Shown in pieces: positions 29,425-42,722 of a DNA stretch of 64,000 nt. Source of the stretch: Eledone cirrhosa. Taxonomy: Eukaryota. The stretch lies in NCBI GenBank assembly GCA_964016885.1, contig OZ024761.1, positions 124,001 to 188,000 on the forward strand. The letters run 5' to 3'. A model generated the notes under the pieces. It saw only the letters and a program-made list of their open reading frames with translations. It had not been told where the DNA came from and did not search any database. Made by a program: the position numbers and the translations under genes. How positions within the stretch are numbered: the first letter of the stretch is position 1; the number at the start of each line of letters is the position of its first letter.

Positions 29425-30975
29425 AGTTCTGCGACGTCGACACAGACGAACTGGGCCTCTTACTTAGACTTACCTACGACACTGACTACCTAAACAGCCA
29501 TGACCTTAGATGTTTCTGCCCCAGTAGACCAATAAGTGGTAGACCCTCCCCCTATAACCTTAATGACTAAAAAGACTCCCATGGGAAGGTGGATTGGGTG
29601 GACCAAAGCTATACGGACCCCCCAAAACAATGATCAGGTAAGAAAAATGGTCGCACATTCAATAGGGGCTAGTATCAAAACTACCCTAAAGGGCCACATA
29701 TTCAAGTTCAACGAGAAGATCTACACCCAAAATGAGGGAGCAGCCATTGGCGTCAGCATAGCTGGTGACGTTGCCAAACTTTTTATGGTATGGTGGGAAA
29801 GGAAACTTAAAGATCTCCTTAATGAGAGCTCCATAGATCTCATCATGTGCTCTCGTTACGTAGACGATATCAATATAGTTATAAGAACATCCCCACAAGA
29901 GAGCACTAACAAGTTTGATTTAGAACGTAGCACAATAGAAATCCAGCAGATAGCTAATTCCATACACCAGAGTATAACTGTAACTATCGACTACCCTTCC
30001 AAACACCCTAACAATAGACTACCTGTATTAGACACAGAACTCTGGATTAACACTATAGACGAGAGAGCCCAAATTCTCCACTCACACTATGCTAAACCCA
30101 TGGCCTCCAAATACCTGATACTCAAAAACTCAGCAATGTCCAGTAGTGCTAAGTTTAATATTCTGATCGCAGACTTGGTACGAGTGATGAAGAACGTGTC
30201 CCGCATGTGCGACCCAACAGAAATGGAAAGACACATCCAGCACTTCATCAACCGCATGCAGTTCTCTGGCTACAACCAAAGAGACAGAGTCAGAGTATAC
30301 GAAAGAGCCATGGAGAAGTATAAGACCCTCATAGAACTGGACATGAAAGGAATTTGCCCATTATACAGGAGCAAATCATGGAATAGCTTAGATAGGGTTA
30401 GACATAAGATAGGGAAAGCCAACTCATAGTACGACAACCAGAGATACCAGAGTGTCATGTTTGTGGAAGCTACCCCTGGAGGGAAATTAGCTAACCAGTG
30501 TAGAAAGGCCCTGAGAAAGACCCATTTAAAGATTAAGGTGGTAGAAAAGCCAGGAACCAGCATAAAATCCCTGATCAGCAAAACCTACCCTTTCAAGAAA
30601 ACCCACTGTACTAATAGGAAATGTATCATATGTAAAGTAAATCCCCGGATAAACTGTAAAACTAGAAACGTAGTCTAAAGCATAAGATGTACAGAGGGTA
30701 CTTGCAGAAACATGACAACAACATACATAGGCGAGACAGCTCGTAGAATAGGTGAAAGGATAGACCAACACTGGGGGGAACTAAAAGGACGAAAAAACGA
30801 TTCAGTACTATACGAACATGCCAGACAACAACACGCCGGTAACATAGACAAAATAGAAATTAGAATAATATCTAAACATAGAAATGACCCAGCAGATAGG
30901 CAAATCAGAGAGGCCAGTTAAATAGAACTTAGAAGGCCAAGGCTAAACAGAAAAAATGAATGGAATAACAACAAC
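29425..30975 (+). pseudogene. PLE reverse transcriptase plus C-terminal GIY-YIG endonuclease, disrupted
   Basis: IYTQNEGAAIG, SRYVDDI, TIDYPSKHPNNRLPVLD, CTNRKCIIC, YIGETARRIGERIDQH; stops at 30427, 30676 and 30919. Confidence 0.92.
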
Positions 30976-31276
30976 ACCCAAACAAACAACACTGACCTAA
31001 GAGAAGTATAAATAAATAAATAAATAAATAGATAAATAAATAAATACATACACAAGCACAATAACAATAAACACATATAAACACACACTAGTAAAGATAG
31101 AATACATTAACCAATACACAGTCACCCAATCACGAACACACATCAAACAAAACACTATACACACACGCAAACGCATGCACAAAGAAGACAAAATAAAATA
31201 AACAAATAAATAAATATATAAACAGACTAAATAAAGATGACGTAGAAAATACAATGCAACGGGAGTAAACAATAGC

Positions 31277-31318
31277 ACCACTGACGATGTTGCAGATGTG
31301 CAACGAAAGAACTTTGAT
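31277..31318 (+). ncRNA. Hammerhead-like motif in the 3' pLTR
   Basis: CTGACGA-tgttgcagatgtgcaac-GAAA-gaac-TT-tga; weak stem I; inverted copy at 29271-29304. Confidence 0.6.
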
Positions 31319-31520
31319 AAACTATATATATGTGTTTGTGTCTATATTGTATCTGTATTTTTGACCGTTGGTCAGTCAATGGCAACATTGAGGACCGAAT
31401 AAATTAGATTACCGATATAAAAGACACAGAAGCAAAAAGCGAAAACCAACCAAACAGTGAGTGTGTTCTGTTATTAATTCTGGCAATATTACACAAATAT
31501 GACCCTCCCCAAGTATAATA

Positions 31521-31558
<38 letters not shown>

Positions 31559-31844
31559 CACACACATATCACACATATCACACAAACCCACACACATATA
31601 CACACATATATATATGTGTGTTCCCGGGTGGTGTTGGAATCAGTGTATATACGTTATATGTGAATATAAGCGGGTGTGTTTGCCTGTGTGTGTGCATGTG
31701 TGTGTACATATCTATGTGTGCTTATATGAGTGTATGTATATAGGAATATATATATGTCTGTGTGTGTGTTTGTGTGTATATACGTATATATATATATGTG
31801 CGTGTATATATGTTTGTATATATGTGTGTATATATGTTTATTCG

Positions 31845-31889
<45 letters not shown>

Positions 31890-31937
31890 ATATACATATA
31901 AATATATATATATACATATGTCTGTGTTTGTTAGTGC

Positions 31938-31968
<31 letters not shown>

Positions 31969-32852
31969 ATGTGTGTGTGTCTGAATGTTTACACAGTTGA
32001 GAGAACTCAAATCGTTATCTCAGCTATCAATAGCTTCTGGAGCATATATTAAAAACTCGACATTAAATTGTGAAAACGCCATTTTGTTCACTGGAGCTGA
32101 ATTTACCATCGACTTACCACCAAGTTATTAGTTCTAATTGTAGTTTTAAACTTCTCTTCTTATCAACTAATTTATCACATCATATCACATATATCATGAT
32201 TTTCTAGCGATACATTCACCTTGCTATATCGTTGACTTATGTTTATATCGCCATGTACGTCTGTACGCATGTAAGTATGTAGGTAGGTATATTTGTCTTT
32301 GAGTATCTATCTTTATGACTGTTTTCTGTATGTGTATATTGTGTATATGTACATATATGTGTGTATATATGTATATATATAAATTCCATGATAAAGTTAA
32401 GATTGAATAATAGTTATACAAGCGATACACACACACATCTATATGTATATAGATAAATAAATATATATATAGTGAAATTCAAACCGACTTCGCTCCTATA
32501 AGTAGCTAATGGACATAATTGTTTTCGTCATAACTTCCATTTAAATGTTTATATATATATATATATATTATACACACACATACAAACGGACTGTCTCATC
32601 TCCTCAGTCAGCCTCTAGAAATCATTACGGTTTTGGTATTATTAAGGTCGAAACCCTTCATTCGATTACACATTGGGACATAACAAAAAAGATAGAGACA
32701 GATTATGCCTTTGGGCAAATTACACAAATATAGAGTGCGCAAGGGCTTAAGCAAAGGGTAAAAATATTGAAAGGAGAAAGTAGGAAACAATTTTTTGTCC
32801 GTTCCCTTGCATCTAGGACAGCCTCTGAAATGTAACCTTTTACTCGATGTTG

Positions 32853-32923
32853 CTGTCTGATGAGATCAGGAAAATGGTTAAATATTCAAGTGACCATGAT
32901 CACCATTGAAATAATTATCACAG
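32853..32923 (+). ncRNA. Type-I hammerhead motif
   Basis: ctgt-CTGATGA-[44 nt with atggtta/tgaccat]-GAAA-taatta-TC-acag. Confidence 0.65.
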
Positions 32924-33067
32924 GTTTGTTAATAAAGGACTCTTTAACATCTACAACTTCGAATTTTCCTCGTTCTCTCTATATATATGTATATAGGTAT
33001 GTATTTATCTGTATATATGTATATATATTACATAGGTTTTTATATATATCTGTATATATATATATAT

Positions 33068-33302
33068 AGAAATGGTTCCACAACAGTTAGTTCACCATAC
33101 CGAGAACAATTGTTTCACCTTAGCGGATCCTCAGTTCGTAATGGACCCCATTGCGTAATGGTCCATTACCAGGTGAGGATCCGCTAAGGTGAAACAATTG
33201 TTCTCGGTATGGTGAACTAACTGTTGTGTAACCACTTCTACCTAACTCGTCCCATGGACTGAGTGCTCTACCACTACGGATATTACCTTCCAGTGTTCTA
33301 CC

Positions 33303-33303
<1 letters not shown>
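33068..33303. mobile_element. Fold-back element family M (HHR-bearing)
   Basis: ~80-bp inverted arms; minus-strand CTGAGGA-tccgctaaggt-GAAA-caattg-TT; unrearranged copy at 40428-40572. Confidence 0.8.
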
Positions 33304-33351
<48 letters not shown>

Positions 33352-34069
33352 ATGTATATGATATATATATATATATATATATGTGTGTATGTATGTATAT
33401 ATATATATGTGTGTATATGTATGCATATATATATATATATGTGTGTGTGTAAGTATGTGTATATATATGTGTGTGTGTGTGTGTCTATATGTGTGTGTAT
33501 GTATGTATGTATGTATATGTATATATATATATGTGTGTGTGTGTGTATATACACGAAGAGATATCTGAATTGACAGACAGACAGATAGACATTCTGGTAG
33601 TGACGTTGAGTAGTAAATCAAACACCATCATTTTCATTTAATTCATTTAATTTGGAATATTTCCCTAAATCTAACGGAATATCAATCTTTCCAATCTCCC
33701 CCAATCTTTCAATCTTTCATTCTGCCCAGTCACTCACTCTCTCATTCTTCCTCGTTTTCTTCGACTTTTTTGACGTGTCTTAACTGTAAAATAACAACTC
33801 ACACGTCAGACGTAAAGACATAATTAACCAAAGCTGCCAACTGATAAGACATATAATGTGACGTAAAGTACAAGTGTATGACACCAAACAGCTACCGTGC
33901 CGCTAAAATGATTTTGACTGTCTTAGTTTCTAGGTCAGTATGGCGGAATCATCGGCCATGTTGGTTTTTTTGTTTGGTGATTTAATTAAACATCACTTTT
34001 TGGATAAACGTAGGCATGCTTGAGTGAGGGCTGAAGAGATTCGCTCCACAACAAAGAATACCTATGTTT

Positions 34070-34127
<58 letters not shown>

Positions 34128-34131
<4 letters not shown>

Positions 34132-34815
34132 AGTGTTAGTTTCTACACAAAACGAAGGTTATAGAGAAAATTGAGGTTGGTAATGGCACATGGAATATAT
34201 AAGAGACAGAATACTTTTTTGTGAAAAAACATATCATTTTATAAGGTAAGGAAAGAATAAAGGGTATAAAAAATGACCGGTTTCGATGGGTCTGCAAAAG
34301 CCATCTTTTCAAATGTTGATTAATATTAAGAAAAATTAATAATAAGAAGAGTTAAAATTTGAGATTTGAAAATTCAAGTATAAAATTCAGTGTGGGATTT
34401 CATAGTAGTTTTCATCTTGGTAGCAGCAAGTTGACTGCTGTGTGCCTTTCTGGTAGTGAATGAGGAGTTATTTATGGGGAGTGGTTTTTTTAAGGTCAGA
34501 TTTAGCAATGGCCAGATGGCCAGCTGCTGGTCAGTGAGGGGGTGGAAGCAATATACATACATATATCTCCCTGTGGTCGGTAGGAGAGGGGAGCGTGATA
34601 GAAAGGGATTTAGTGCACTTACACTGGATGAGGGTATATGTGTATATATAGGTGTAAGTGCACTAAATCCCTTTCTATCACTCTCCCCTCTCCTACCGAC
34701 CCCAGGGAGATATATGTATGTATATTGCTTCCATCCCCTCACTGACCAGCAGCTGGCCGTTGCTAAATCTGACCTTTATAAAAAAAAACACTCCCCACAA
34801 ATAACTCCTCATTCA
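34128..34815. mobile_element. Family E pLTR element with terminal fold-back and U3-A8 HHR (34270-34317, -)
   Basis: Inverted arms ~34525-34623 / 34655-34755; homolog at 53875-54260. Confidence 0.82.
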
Positions 34816-34882
34816 TTATAAAGGGCCGCAACTCTATGCGCCAAAGCATGGTGTCCGACTCTCTACTGCCAATCCACCGCCC

Positions 34883-34926
<44 letters not shown>

Positions 34927-35433
34927 TGTTTCTACTATAAGGATGAAAGGCAAAGTTAACCTCGGCGGAATTTGAACTCAGAATAGTAATAATAATGGCC
35001 GTCATGTAGGGGACAATACAAAGACAGGGACAGTGGGGGGTTTACAATAAGCTCGAGTAAAAGTGCACAATGGCAAGACTAATTTAACAATGAAAATATA
35101 AAAAAATATATAAAATAAACTATGCATAAACTATAACAAAACTATAACAAAATAAATTCCCCTATAGGCGGGTGTACGACCCAGGGGTGAGTCAGGTGCC
35201 CCACCAATCATGAACCACCCGGCGCTTCTAAGGTACCCGGGGAGGGCACCCCTCTCCTCCTCAAGTTAGCCGAATAACAATAATCGGTATGTTTCGATGT
35301 GAATCTGTGAAAATATATGATTCTGTTAGAAATAAAAATATCTTGGTTTGATTCAATAAGTGACATGATTTATTCTGAAGAATACATCGAATTTCACATC
35401 TTGAAAATATCTTTCGTTGAATCTCCTTAATAA

Positions 35434-36735
35434 GGTGGTGGTGGTGGTGGTGGTGGTGGTGGTGGTGGTGGTGGTGGTGGTGGTGGTGGTGGTGGTGGTG
35501 TTCGTGGTTGTGGTGGTGGTGGTTGTGGTGGTGGTGTTAGTGATTGTGGTGGTGGTGGTTGTGGTGGTGGTCTTAGTGGTTGTGGTAGTGGTGTTAGTGG
35601 TTGTGGTGGTGGTGGTTGTGGTGGTGGTGTTAGTGGTTGTGGTGGTGATGTTAGTGGTTGTGGTGGTTGTGGTGGTGGTGTTAGTGATTGTGGTGGTGGT
35701 GGTTGTGGTGGTGGTCTTAGTGGTTGTGGTAGTGGTATTAGTGGTTGTGGTGGTGGTGTTAGTGGTGGTGGTGGTGGTGGTGGTTGTGGTGGTGGTGTTA
35801 GTGGTTGTGGTGGTGGTCGTTGTGGTGGTGGTGTTAGTGGTTGTGGTAGTGGTGTTAGTGGTTGTGGTGGTGGTGGTGGTGGTGTTAGTGGTGGTGGTGT
35901 TAGTGGTTGCTGTGGTGGTGTTAGTGGTTGTGGTAGTTGTGGTGGTGGTGGTGGTGTTAGTGGTGTTGGTGGTGGTGTTAGTGGTGGTGGTGGTGGTGGT
36001 TGTGGTGGTGGTGGAGGTGGTTGTGGTGGTGGTGTTAGTGGTTGTGGTGGTGGTGTTAGTGATTGTTGTGGTGGTGTTAGTGGTGGTGGTGGTGGTGGTG
36101 GTTGTGGTGGTGGTGTTAGTGGTGGTGGTGGTGGTGTTAGTGGTTGCAGTGGTGGTGTTAGTGGTTGTGGTGGTAGTGTTAGTGGTTGTGGTGGTGGTGT
36201 TAGTGTTAGTGGTTGTGGTGGTGGTGTTAGTGGTGGTGATGGTGGTGTTAGTGGTTGCGGTGGTGGTGTTAGTGGTTGTGGTGGTGGTGTTAGTGGTTGT
36301 GGTGGTGGTGTTAGTGGTGGGAGTGGTGGTATGGGTGGTAGATTTGATAGAGGTGGTTGTGGTGGTTTTAATATTAGGGTGAGGGGGTAGTGATCGTAGT
36401 GGTGGTGATGTTAGTGGCTGTAGTGCTGTTATTGTTGGTAGTGGTATTGTTGTTGTTGTTGTTGTTGGTGGTGTTAGTAATTGCGATGGTAGTGGTGTTG
36501 GTGGTGGTGATAATGTTGTTGGTGGTGGTGGAGGTGGTGGTGTTCGTGTTAGTGGTGGTGTTGGTTATGGTGGTGTTAGTAGTTGTGATCGATGTGGTCG
36601 TGGTTATGGTGGTGTTAGTGGTTGTGATCGATGTGGTGGTGGTGGTGGTGTTAGTAGTTCTGTTCGATGTGGTGGTGGTGGTGGTGTTAGTAGTTGTGTT
36701 CGATGTGGTGGTGGTGGTGTTAGTGATTATAATGG
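35434..36735. repeat. (GGT)n/(GTT)n degenerate trinucleotide array
   Basis: Directly visible. Confidence 0.95.
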
Positions 36736-37200
36736 TGGAGTTGCTGCCTCTTTGCATCCCTTTACGTCCCGAGTTCAAATCCCGCCGAAGTTCGCTTCGT
36801 CTTTCATCCTTTCTGGGTCGATAAAATAAAATACCAGTAACGTACTGTGGTCGATCTAATCGTCTTACCCCTTTCCTTCAAATTGCTGGCCTTGTGCCAA
36901 AAGTAGAAACAATTATTATTTTAGGAATTGCACCTTAAATTCTCTCAATAAAAAAATATTTACTGAACATAAGTATTGAGTTCTATATCTTCTCGAGATA
37001 ACCATTTTTAGTGTGTTGTATGTGTGTATCTGTATTGTTTTGTCTGTGTGTGTGTCAGAACACATATACACCTAGGTTAACTTTGCCATTCATCCTTACG
37101 CGGTCGATAAAATAAAGTACCAGTAATACACTGGGGTAGATTTAGTCGTTTTTCTCCTCCCAAAAAATTTCTTGCCTTGTGTCAAAATCAGAAACCATTA
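36736..37200 (+). mobile_element. Two octopus-type SINE copies (36736-36918, 37073-37200)
   Basis: GAGTTCAAATCCCGCCG B-box region and GTCGATAAAATAAA.TACCAG core. Confidence 0.78.
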
Positions 37201-37442
37201 ATTATACACAACATTAGCCTAAGTTTATAAATAAAGGTTTCCGGTTCCGGTAAAATGCCGTGGCCCACAGCCAGGGATAAGATACAAGATGAAACACGTA
37301 CCGACAAAGCGGGAAGCCATCGTTGTCAGAATATAAACTTGAAAACCTTTAATTACTGTATGTGGCCATGTGGTCCTCCTTCAGAGATCTTAATCGAAAT
37401 ATATCTGACGTGACCAACCGGTTCTGTCCTCAGACATGTCGA

Positions 37443-38400
37443 CACCAGCGGCACCACCATCACCATCACCACCATCACTACCAACACCACCAACACCACC
37501 AACACCACCAACACCACCATCACCACCATCACTACCAACACCACCATCACCACCATCACCACCAACACCACCATCACTACCAACACCACCAACACCACCA
37601 TCACCACCATCACTACCAACACCACCATCACTACCAACACCACCATCACTACCAACACCACCATCACCACCATCACTACCAACACCACCATCACTACCAA
37701 CACCACCAACACCACCATCACCACCATCAATACCATCACCACCAACACCACCATCACCACCATCACTACCAACACCAACGTCACCACTTTCACTACCATC
37801 ACTACCAACACCGCCAACACCAACGTCACCACTATCAACACCACCACTATCACCACCACCATCACCACCAACGTCCCCAACAACACCACCAACACCAACG
37901 TCTCAGACAACACCACCACCACTATCACCACCACCATCACCACCAACAACAACACCAACGTCCCCAACAACACCAAGACCAACGTCTCAGACACCACCAC
38001 CACCAACACCAACACCAACACCACCACCACCAACACCACTATCAACACCACCACCACCACCACCACTATCAACACCACCACCACCACCACTATCACCACC
38101 ACCATCACCACCAACAACAACACCAACGTCCCCAACAACACCAAGACCAACGTCTGAGACACCACCACCACCACCACCAACACCACCACCACCAACACCA
38201 CCACCACTATCAACACCACCACCACCACCACCACTATCAACACCACCACCACCACCACCACCACTATCACCACCACCATCACCACCAACAACAACACCAA
38301 CGTCCCCAACAACACCAAGACCAACGTCTCAGACACCACCACCACCACCAACACCACCACCACCACCACCACCACCACTATCAACACCACCACCACAATC
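37443..38400. repeat. (ACC)n-based compound repeat with a longer sub-unit (CCAACGTCCCCAACAACACCAAGACCAACGTCTCAGAC)
   Basis: Sub-unit seen four times between 37868 and 38335. Confidence 0.9.
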
Positions 38401-38905
38401 ACTACTCTCTTAGAAAGTTAGGTTACTCAATCTTTTACTGATCATTGCGGACAAACGAAAACTTCCCCTGTTCTTAGCTAACCAATTCAATATGCAACAG
38501 CAATAGGATTACAACTACGACCACAACCACAACCACAACCACAACTACGGTCACCATCATCAATACACCATTTGGACTGGATGACTGGATAGCTCAATGG
38601 TTCGATGGTACAATGGCGCGACTGGGTAAACTGGGATATTGGCCAAGAATGTGTCTACAGATGTGAATAACAACAAAGCTATATAGTGCTGCGTTCATGC
38701 GGATATCACTGGAAACTGTTCAATTATGAGAGAAGCGAGACGCTTGCCAAATCTATTATCGTCTGCTTTTGAAGAAATAATCAGACAATGTTTTCTTATT
38801 GGTCGCTTTTATCATTCCATCACAATGGTCACCATTTTCACCCCACCCAGATCTGCAGGACGTCTATCTTAATTAAGTGCATTTTTATATATCTAATATA
38901 TATAT

Positions 38906-38956
<51 letters not shown>

Positions 38957-38985
38957 TATAATATATATATATATAATATATATAT

Positions 38986-39105
<120 letters not shown>

Positions 39106-39177
39106 CAAATTTATACGGGAACAAAACAGAGGGGCAGACAAAAAAGGTTTATATATACATATATATAGGAAAGGTAT

Positions 39178-39268
<91 letters not shown>

Positions 39269-39272
<4 letters not shown>

Positions 39273-39459
39273 AAAATGTTTGACTCCGACGGCAGAGCTC
39301 AAGCCGTTTCGACGGCTATTTCTGGACTGAAATAGCCGTCGGAAAGGCTTGAGCTCTGCTGTCGGGGTCAAACATTTTCCTATTATCCACTCTACTACCC
39401 TTAGTATTGAGTACTCTGGTGCGTTATGGTCCATCTGGTTCCTTATCACACCTCCTTCG

Positions 39460-39462
<3 letters not shown>
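39269..39462. mobile_element. Family C hairpin element, opposite orientation to 27393
   Basis: Sequence homology and terminal hairpin. Confidence 0.85.
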
Positions 39463-39509
<47 letters not shown>

Positions 39510-39931
39510 TTATATGTACGTTTGGTATGTATTTGTGTGTATTTATATGTACGTGTTGTGTATATGTATGTGTTTATAGTTACGTGTGCGTGTGTGTTTG
39601 TGTATAAGTGTGTCTATATATATATGCGTGTGTGTATCAATGCGCATACATGTCTATACACACACACATACACACACACACACAGACATATATATATATA
39701 ATATATATATATTCCTGGTGTCAGCCATTACTGTGCAACCATGATTAGACAACATGGCGTTGGAGAGATTTAATTAATTAAATCTGGTTCTGTATTGATC
39801 CTTATTTATTGGGCCGTTAACCTACCGGATATATATATATATAGAGAGAGAGAGAGACACATGTAAACGCATTGATACTCGCGCGCGCGCACACATATAT
39901 ATATATATTAGTATCTTTATAATACCATATT

Positions 39932-39991
39932 TATTTTATTATACGTATTTCAAAGATATTAAATTTTAGTATGCTGTCATCAGATAAAATA
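39932..39991 (-). ncRNA. Minimal hammerhead, family F-related
   Basis: tattttat-CTGATGA-..-GAAA-tacgta-TA-ataaaata; stem II eroded. Confidence 0.65.
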
Positions 39992-40157
39992 TAATATTTG
40001 GTGTTAAGATATTGACATACCTTACCGTAAATTTAATAGGATAAGCCCTCTATATAATAATCAACAAACCAAATGACTCATTGTTTTGTATGTATATATA
40101 TATATATATATATATATGCACATACATATCACAGACAAACCCTCCATCTCAATTCTA

Positions 40158-40193
40158 CTTTTGAAAAGCATAAGAACTGTGAAACCGGTAAAG
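40158..40193 (+). ncRNA. U3-A8 hammerhead motif in a family D fragment (40130-40325)
   Basis: ctt-TTGAAAA-gcataagaactgt-GAAA-ccgg-TA-aag. Confidence 0.65.
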
Positions 40194-40344
40194 GAAATAA
40201 ATAAATATTCTTACATTCTTAAAAAGACTCCAATTGCATTTTCGATTTCTTTTCCTTATACTTTCAGCCGTGTTAGACAGACATCTCGTTTTGTTTTGTT
40301 ATTAAAAAAACCCTCATTTTCTTTTATATATATATATATATATA

Positions 40345-40429
<85 letters not shown>

Positions 40430-40502
40430 TTGGTAGAACATTGGATGGTAATATCCGTAGTGGTAGAGCACTCAGTCCATGGGACGAGTTAGGGTCCATT
40501 AC

Positions 40503-40538
40503 GAGCTGAAGATCCGCTAAGGTGAAACAATTGTTCTC
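40503..40538 (+). ncRNA. Minimal hammerhead motif (family M, 40428-40572)
   Basis: gag-CTGAAGA-tccgctaaggt-GAAA-caattg-TT-ctc. Confidence 0.6.
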
Positions 40539-40668
40539 AGTGTGGTGAACTAACTGTTGCGTAACCACTTCTATATATATATATATATATATAGAAAGGG
40601 ATCAAACAAAATATAACTACTCCATTACCAAAGGTTTCTGGATCACAGGCGATAATAGTATACGTCTG

Positions 40669-40733
40669 TCTGTCTGACGACCGATCCAGACGTATATATT
40701 ATAGTCTGTGATCCAGAAACCTTTGGTAATGGA
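40669..40733 (+). ncRNA. Hammerhead motif in the family L fold-back (40604-40830)
   Basis: tctgt-CTGACGA-[gatccagac..gtctgtgatc]-GAAA-cctttgg-TA-atgga. Confidence 0.62.
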
Positions 40734-40829
40734 GTAGTTATATTTTGTGTTGTTCACTTTCTAATTAAATAGCTCTGTTCTATACATAGAGCACTCTTTT
40801 TTCATTTGCTTTTCCTTCGGAATTACCTA

Positions 40830-40866
<37 letters not shown>

Positions 40867-40868
<2 letters not shown>

Positions 40869-41689
40869 AGCAGTGGTACCCGGCGTTGCACGGGTTAAGG
40901 TATTGTGAAATATATAACCGCCTTAGCTAAGCTTAGTATTGCCACAACCACGGCTGGCAAAGAAGTAAGGGTCTGGTGGTACGTAAGTAAGCAATACTGT
41001 GGCTTAAAACGCGAGGAAGAGGTTGTGTACACTTACCAACTGTTTGGAGAATGAGTGTGAGATTTGTCTTGAGCAAGGGTGGAAGAAAAACCGGAAGAGG
41101 CAGACAGCCAGACATACAGACAGATATTATAAGGGCGCGTTCTGCATGCAGAGCGAATTGTAGGAAGTGACGTAATGTAGACATATTATAAGGGCGCGTT
41201 CTGGATGCAGAGCGAATTGTAGGAAGTGATGTAATGCAGACACCCAGACATACAGACAGATATTATAAGGGCACCTCGGCGGGATTTGAACTCAGATTGT
41301 TACGTCCCTTTACAGTCTGAGTTCAAATTCCCGCCGAGGTTAACTTTGCCTTTCATCCTTACGGGGTCGATAAAATAAAGTACCAGTAATGCACTGGGTA
41401 ATTGCTGGCCTTGTGCCTAAAGTAGAAACAATTATAAGGGCACGACGTTATATGTATGTATCTATCTAAAAAGAGAAAGACTAAGAATTATAGAGAGAGA
41501 TAGCTAAATCGCCTAATGCGGTCTCGAGGGCTTGAAAATTTGAACTTTCTTTTGCTCAGAACACTCCCTGAAACATAAGTATTACATGTGTAAAGTTTGA
41601 AAACAGTCAGTTGGGTGGTTGTCGAGTTTTAGGGATTCAAACTCACACACACACAGACAGACATCCTCAGTTTTATATATATAGAGAGA
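40867..41689 (-). mobile_element. Non-autonomous Helitron with a nested SINE (41275-41435)
   Basis: Minus strand starts TC(TCTC)TATATATATAAAA and ends CCCGTGCAACGCCGGG-TACCACTG-CTAG; sits between A and T. Confidence 0.78.
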
Positions 41690-41784
41690 TAAAGGATAAA
41701 AAAGGATAAAGATCCCGTAACTCCTTGTGGCGTCGTAGAGGGACCGTGGTACGGCGTCTGTCTGTGTTTGTGTTGTGATCTCTT

Positions 41785-41874
<90 letters not shown>

Positions 41875-41876
<2 letters not shown>

Positions 41877-41917
41877 CAAAGTTCTTTCGTCACACATTCT
41901 GTGACCTCTTCAGTGAC
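41875..41917 (-). ncRNA. Minimal hammerhead-like motif
   Basis: gtca-CTGAAGA-ggtcacagaatgtgtgac-GAAA-gaac-TT-tgac. Confidence 0.65.
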
Positions 41918-42082
41918 TGGGGATTATTTTCTTTGTTTTGTGCCTCTCCTTTGTTCTGTCCTACGCCATCTTGTTTTTGTGTGTGTTGTGTGCTTAGTTT
42001 GCGCATGTGTTACATCCGGGTGTCTCTGTGTTTTTATTTGTTTATTTATTTGTATATATATATATATATACATGTATAATAT

Positions 42083-42500
42083 ATAAGATCAAAAGATGGT
42101 TAAAAGAGTTCCATGTATTTTATTATGCGCATTTCAAAAACAAATATCATCATGCAATAACATTTGTGTTTTCATCAGATAAAATAGGAAGACATGATAT
42201 GAAGGTTAAAAAACACTTGTGAATAGTGCAGTTTTAAATCAACATATCGTTGATTTAAAACTGCACTATTCACAAGTGTTTTTTAACCTTCATATCATGT
42301 CTTCCTATTTTATCTGATGAAAACACAAATGTTATTGCATGATGATATTTGTTTTTGAAATGCGCATAATAAAATACATGGAACTCTTTTAACCATCTTT
42401 TGATCTTATATTATGTATACTCCAGTCCTACAAATTGTAGAGTGCTTCTTATCCGATATCTGCATTGCTTTATTGTACTACAATAAAACTCACCTCCTAC
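42083..42500. mobile_element. Family A fold-back element with intact HHRs on both strands
   Basis: ~160-bp inverted arms around ATCAAC-ATATC-GTTGAT; HHRs at 42116-42186 (-) and 42306-42376 (+). Confidence 0.9.
42306..42376 (+). ncRNA. Minimal type-I hammerhead ribozyme
   Basis: tattttat-CTGATGA-aaacacaaatgttat..atgatatttgttttt-GAAA-tgcgca-TA-ataaaata. Confidence 0.85.
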
Positions 42501-42661
42501 ATATATATATATATATATATATATAAGCAAAAGGTATATTTAATTTGTTGGTAATTCAATAAATATATATATTTATAACTGATTCGAAGCTCTCGACAAG
42601 TTTTCTTGAGTGTAATATCAATGATATTAATAAATGGAAACTATATTTATAAAACCATATT

Positions 42662-42722
42662 TATTCTATTATATATATTTCAAGGGTACCAAGACTTTGG
42701 TACGCGCTCATCAGATAAAATA
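42662..42722 (-). ncRNA. Minimal hammerhead, family F-related
   Basis: tattttat-CTGATGA-gcgcgtaccaaagtcttggtaccctt-GAAA-tatata-TA-atagaata. Confidence 0.7.

Larger units (their letters stand above)
29073..31517 (+). mobile_element. 5'-truncated Penelope-like element (Nematis-like) with an inverted 5' pLTR copy
   Basis: 29073-29322 is the reverse complement of 31258-31517; RT and GIY-YIG between them; (TA)n on both sides. Confidence 0.9.

Noticed and set aside
32590-32735. Neptune-like GIY-YIG C-terminus upstream of the 32853 HHR
   Set aside because: Only faint similarity across frameshifts; cannot be supported without a profile search.
35417-36824. Poly-Val / poly-Thr ORFs
   Set aside because: (GGT)n trinucleotide array.
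38500-38670. Short open frame TTT..TPFGLDDWIAQWFDG as an exon
   Set aside because: No recognisable domain and no clear splice signals.
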